The translations under genes were made by a program, and so were the position numbers. This document shows, piece by piece, positions 27,261 to 28,570 of a DNA stretch of 28,570 nucleotides. The notes under the pieces were generated by a model. The model ran no database searches and had not been told where the DNA came from. It was given only the letters and a program-made list of their open reading frames with translations. Each line of letters starts with the position of its first letter. Positions within the stretch are counted from its first letter, which is position 1. Source of the DNA: Candidatus Thorarchaeota archaeon (GTDB lineage Archaea > Asgardarchaeota > Heimdallarchaeia > Hodarchaeales > Hodarchaeaceae); NCBI GenBank assembly GCA_048882505.1, contig JBHLRO010000035.1, forward strand, positions 1 to 28,570. The letters are read 5' to 3'.

Positions 27261-28265
27261 TCAGCCGAATCGTAGTTCGGTCATGTCCCCTTTGACTTCC
27301 ATGCCAGCTGGATAACCTTTCCCTTCAAAAACTAAACCAAGTTTACCTTCTCGGCGCTCAAAAAGCTTGACAATAACTGTTGATACTAGACTCTCAAACA
27401 CTTCCCCAAGCATTCCGTTTTTATCGGGACTTCTCAGGATTGCTCCACTCCCCTGCTCTGCAGTAACCTCCAACAGGTGTTTTCTATTTGATATTCTCAT
27501 GAAAACTTGATGGTCTCCCACCTCCAAATCGCTTATTTTTGACCTATTATAAGTAGTGAATCGGTACAACTTGTTCTCGTGGAGAAAACCAACAGCAAAA
27601 CCCGGAAATTTCCATAAGAGATAGGGAATATGGGCAATTGACACGTTTAAAGCTGTCCCTTCTGCCTTAAAATGGTTTGATTGGATCCAAATCCAGGAAC
27701 TCGGATGCGAGGATCCCCATTCCTTCCCAATGTATCCTTTTCCCCCTTCAAAATCATACATAGAACCGTTTATGGCGAAACCACCTTGGATCTGATGATT
27801 AAAGCTTAGTATGGCGTGAAAACATTCCAAGCGGGGTAGAAAAGCCAACGGACCCATTGCTCCCGGCGCCAAACGCCCTATAGGCCATGGGGACAAGCCC
27901 AAGAATCGGAGAACACCCGAAACCTCTAGATTATCTCGATCGATATTAAGGGAAATTTGGTCGGTCTTGAATTCATTTTTCCCAATCTTGACCAGAAACT
28001 CCTTTGAGACTGCGTTAAATTGTTCTAATTCGTAAGGAATGTAGTTATATTCGCCTGTCGATCCATTGAAAATTTGTATAAATGCGTGCGAGCTCTGATA
28101 GGGATTCGGACCGCGATATGGATTATATATTACTCCAGGGATAATTGCAAAGACATTTTGAGCTGTTTTATCCACCAATTTGTAATACCAACCCTCAAAC
28201 TGGCGATCTCGGCGTCCGTGGAATACGGCAGGCCTCCATATCCTCTGAATTCTATTAAATACCAT
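27261..28265 (-). CDS. Tocopherol cyclase family protein
   Basis: FEGWYYKLVD, HAFIQI, PGAMGP...P.LECFH.ILSFNH, GKGYIGKEWGSSHPSSWIWIQSNHF and SIAHIP. Confidence 0.85.
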   Translation of the reverse strand: MVFNRIQRIWRPAVFHGRRDRQFEGWYYKLVDKTAQNVFAIIPGVIYNPYRGPNPYQSSHAFIQIFNGSTGEYNYIPYELEQFNAVSKEFLVKIGKNEFKTDQISLNIDRDNLEVSGVLRFLGLSPWPIGRLAPGAMGPLAFLPRLECFHAILSFNHQIQGGFAINGSMYDFEGGKGYIGKEWGSSHPSSWIWIQSNHFKAEGTALNVSIAHIPYLLWKFPGFAVGFLHENKLYRFTTYNRSKISDLEVGDHQVFMRISNRKHLLEVTAEQGSGAILRSPDKNGMLGEVFESLVSTVIVKLFERREGKLGLVFEGKGYPAGMEVKGDMTELRFG

Positions 28266-28309
28266 TTTCTTCCCTAAGATTAGTGTTTTTCTCGGAAAAA
28301 TCGAGGAAT

Positions 28310-28570
28310 TTAGCTTGAAGTATGATTAGGCTCTGAATTATTGAATTTAAGACCTATGGGAGGTTTTGTGAGTCCATATTTTGGTCCGATCTTGTGAAAA
28401 AAATTAGAAACTCCGTAGATCACTCCACCCAATTCACTACTGAAATTCTCAAAATCACAATCGTAGGTCACATGATTAGTCGAAAATACTGAACCATGCG
28501 GATCTACGGAATACATAACGTCCTTCAATTGCCAATTACTCAGTAGGAGATTCTGGTACAATTCTCTTTG
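28310..28570 (-). CDS. 3' end of a hypothetical protein entering from the right edge
   Basis: The frame is open from the window edge (QRELYQNLLLSNW...) to TAA at 28310-28312, co-oriented with and 44 bp upstream of the tocopherol cyclase gene. No family recognised. Confidence 0.55.
   Translation of the reverse strand, partial: QRELYQNLLLSNWQLKDVMYSVDPHGSVFSTNHVTYDCDFENFSSELGGVIYGVSNFFHKIGPKYGLTKPPIGLKFNNSEPNHTSS

Noticed and set aside
22843-28277. ORFs 22843-23046, 23719-24087, 24265-24459, 25833-26021, 26939-27235 and 28074-28277
   Set aside because: They overlap better-supported genes in other frames or on the other strand and have no family motifs.

Overview
Archaeal chromosomal window. 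Gene content and style suggest an Asgard archaeon, probably Heimdallarchaeia/Hodarchaeales (inference, not a database result). Left third: the 5' part of a secreted beta-helix protein gene, an ORFan, moaB-moaE, a ferredoxin, and a co-oriented minus-strand block of GCS2-family ligase, malQ and gamma-glutamylcyclotransferase. Right end: a GPH-family MFS transporter, a membrane-tethered CocE/NonD hydrolase, an atypical receiver-domain protein, a tocopherol-cyclase-family protein and a partial ORF. The centrepiece is a 13-kb gene for a 4328-aa single-pass surface glycoprotein. It has a signal-like N-terminus, four DUF2341+LamG modules, about 21 DxDxD-bearing Ig/cadherin-like repeats (with a recent 846-bp-period duplication containing 515 identical bp), one TM helix and a ~190-aa cytoplasmic tail. 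The tail carries both hallmark motifs of folliculin/SMCR8-type uDENN (longin) domains, FFDQRHGP and PEARGGQ, the latter aligning with the GAP arginine finger. This suggests a giant adhesin-receptor wired directly to small-GTPase regulation. All family calls come from motif recognition by eye; no searches were run.
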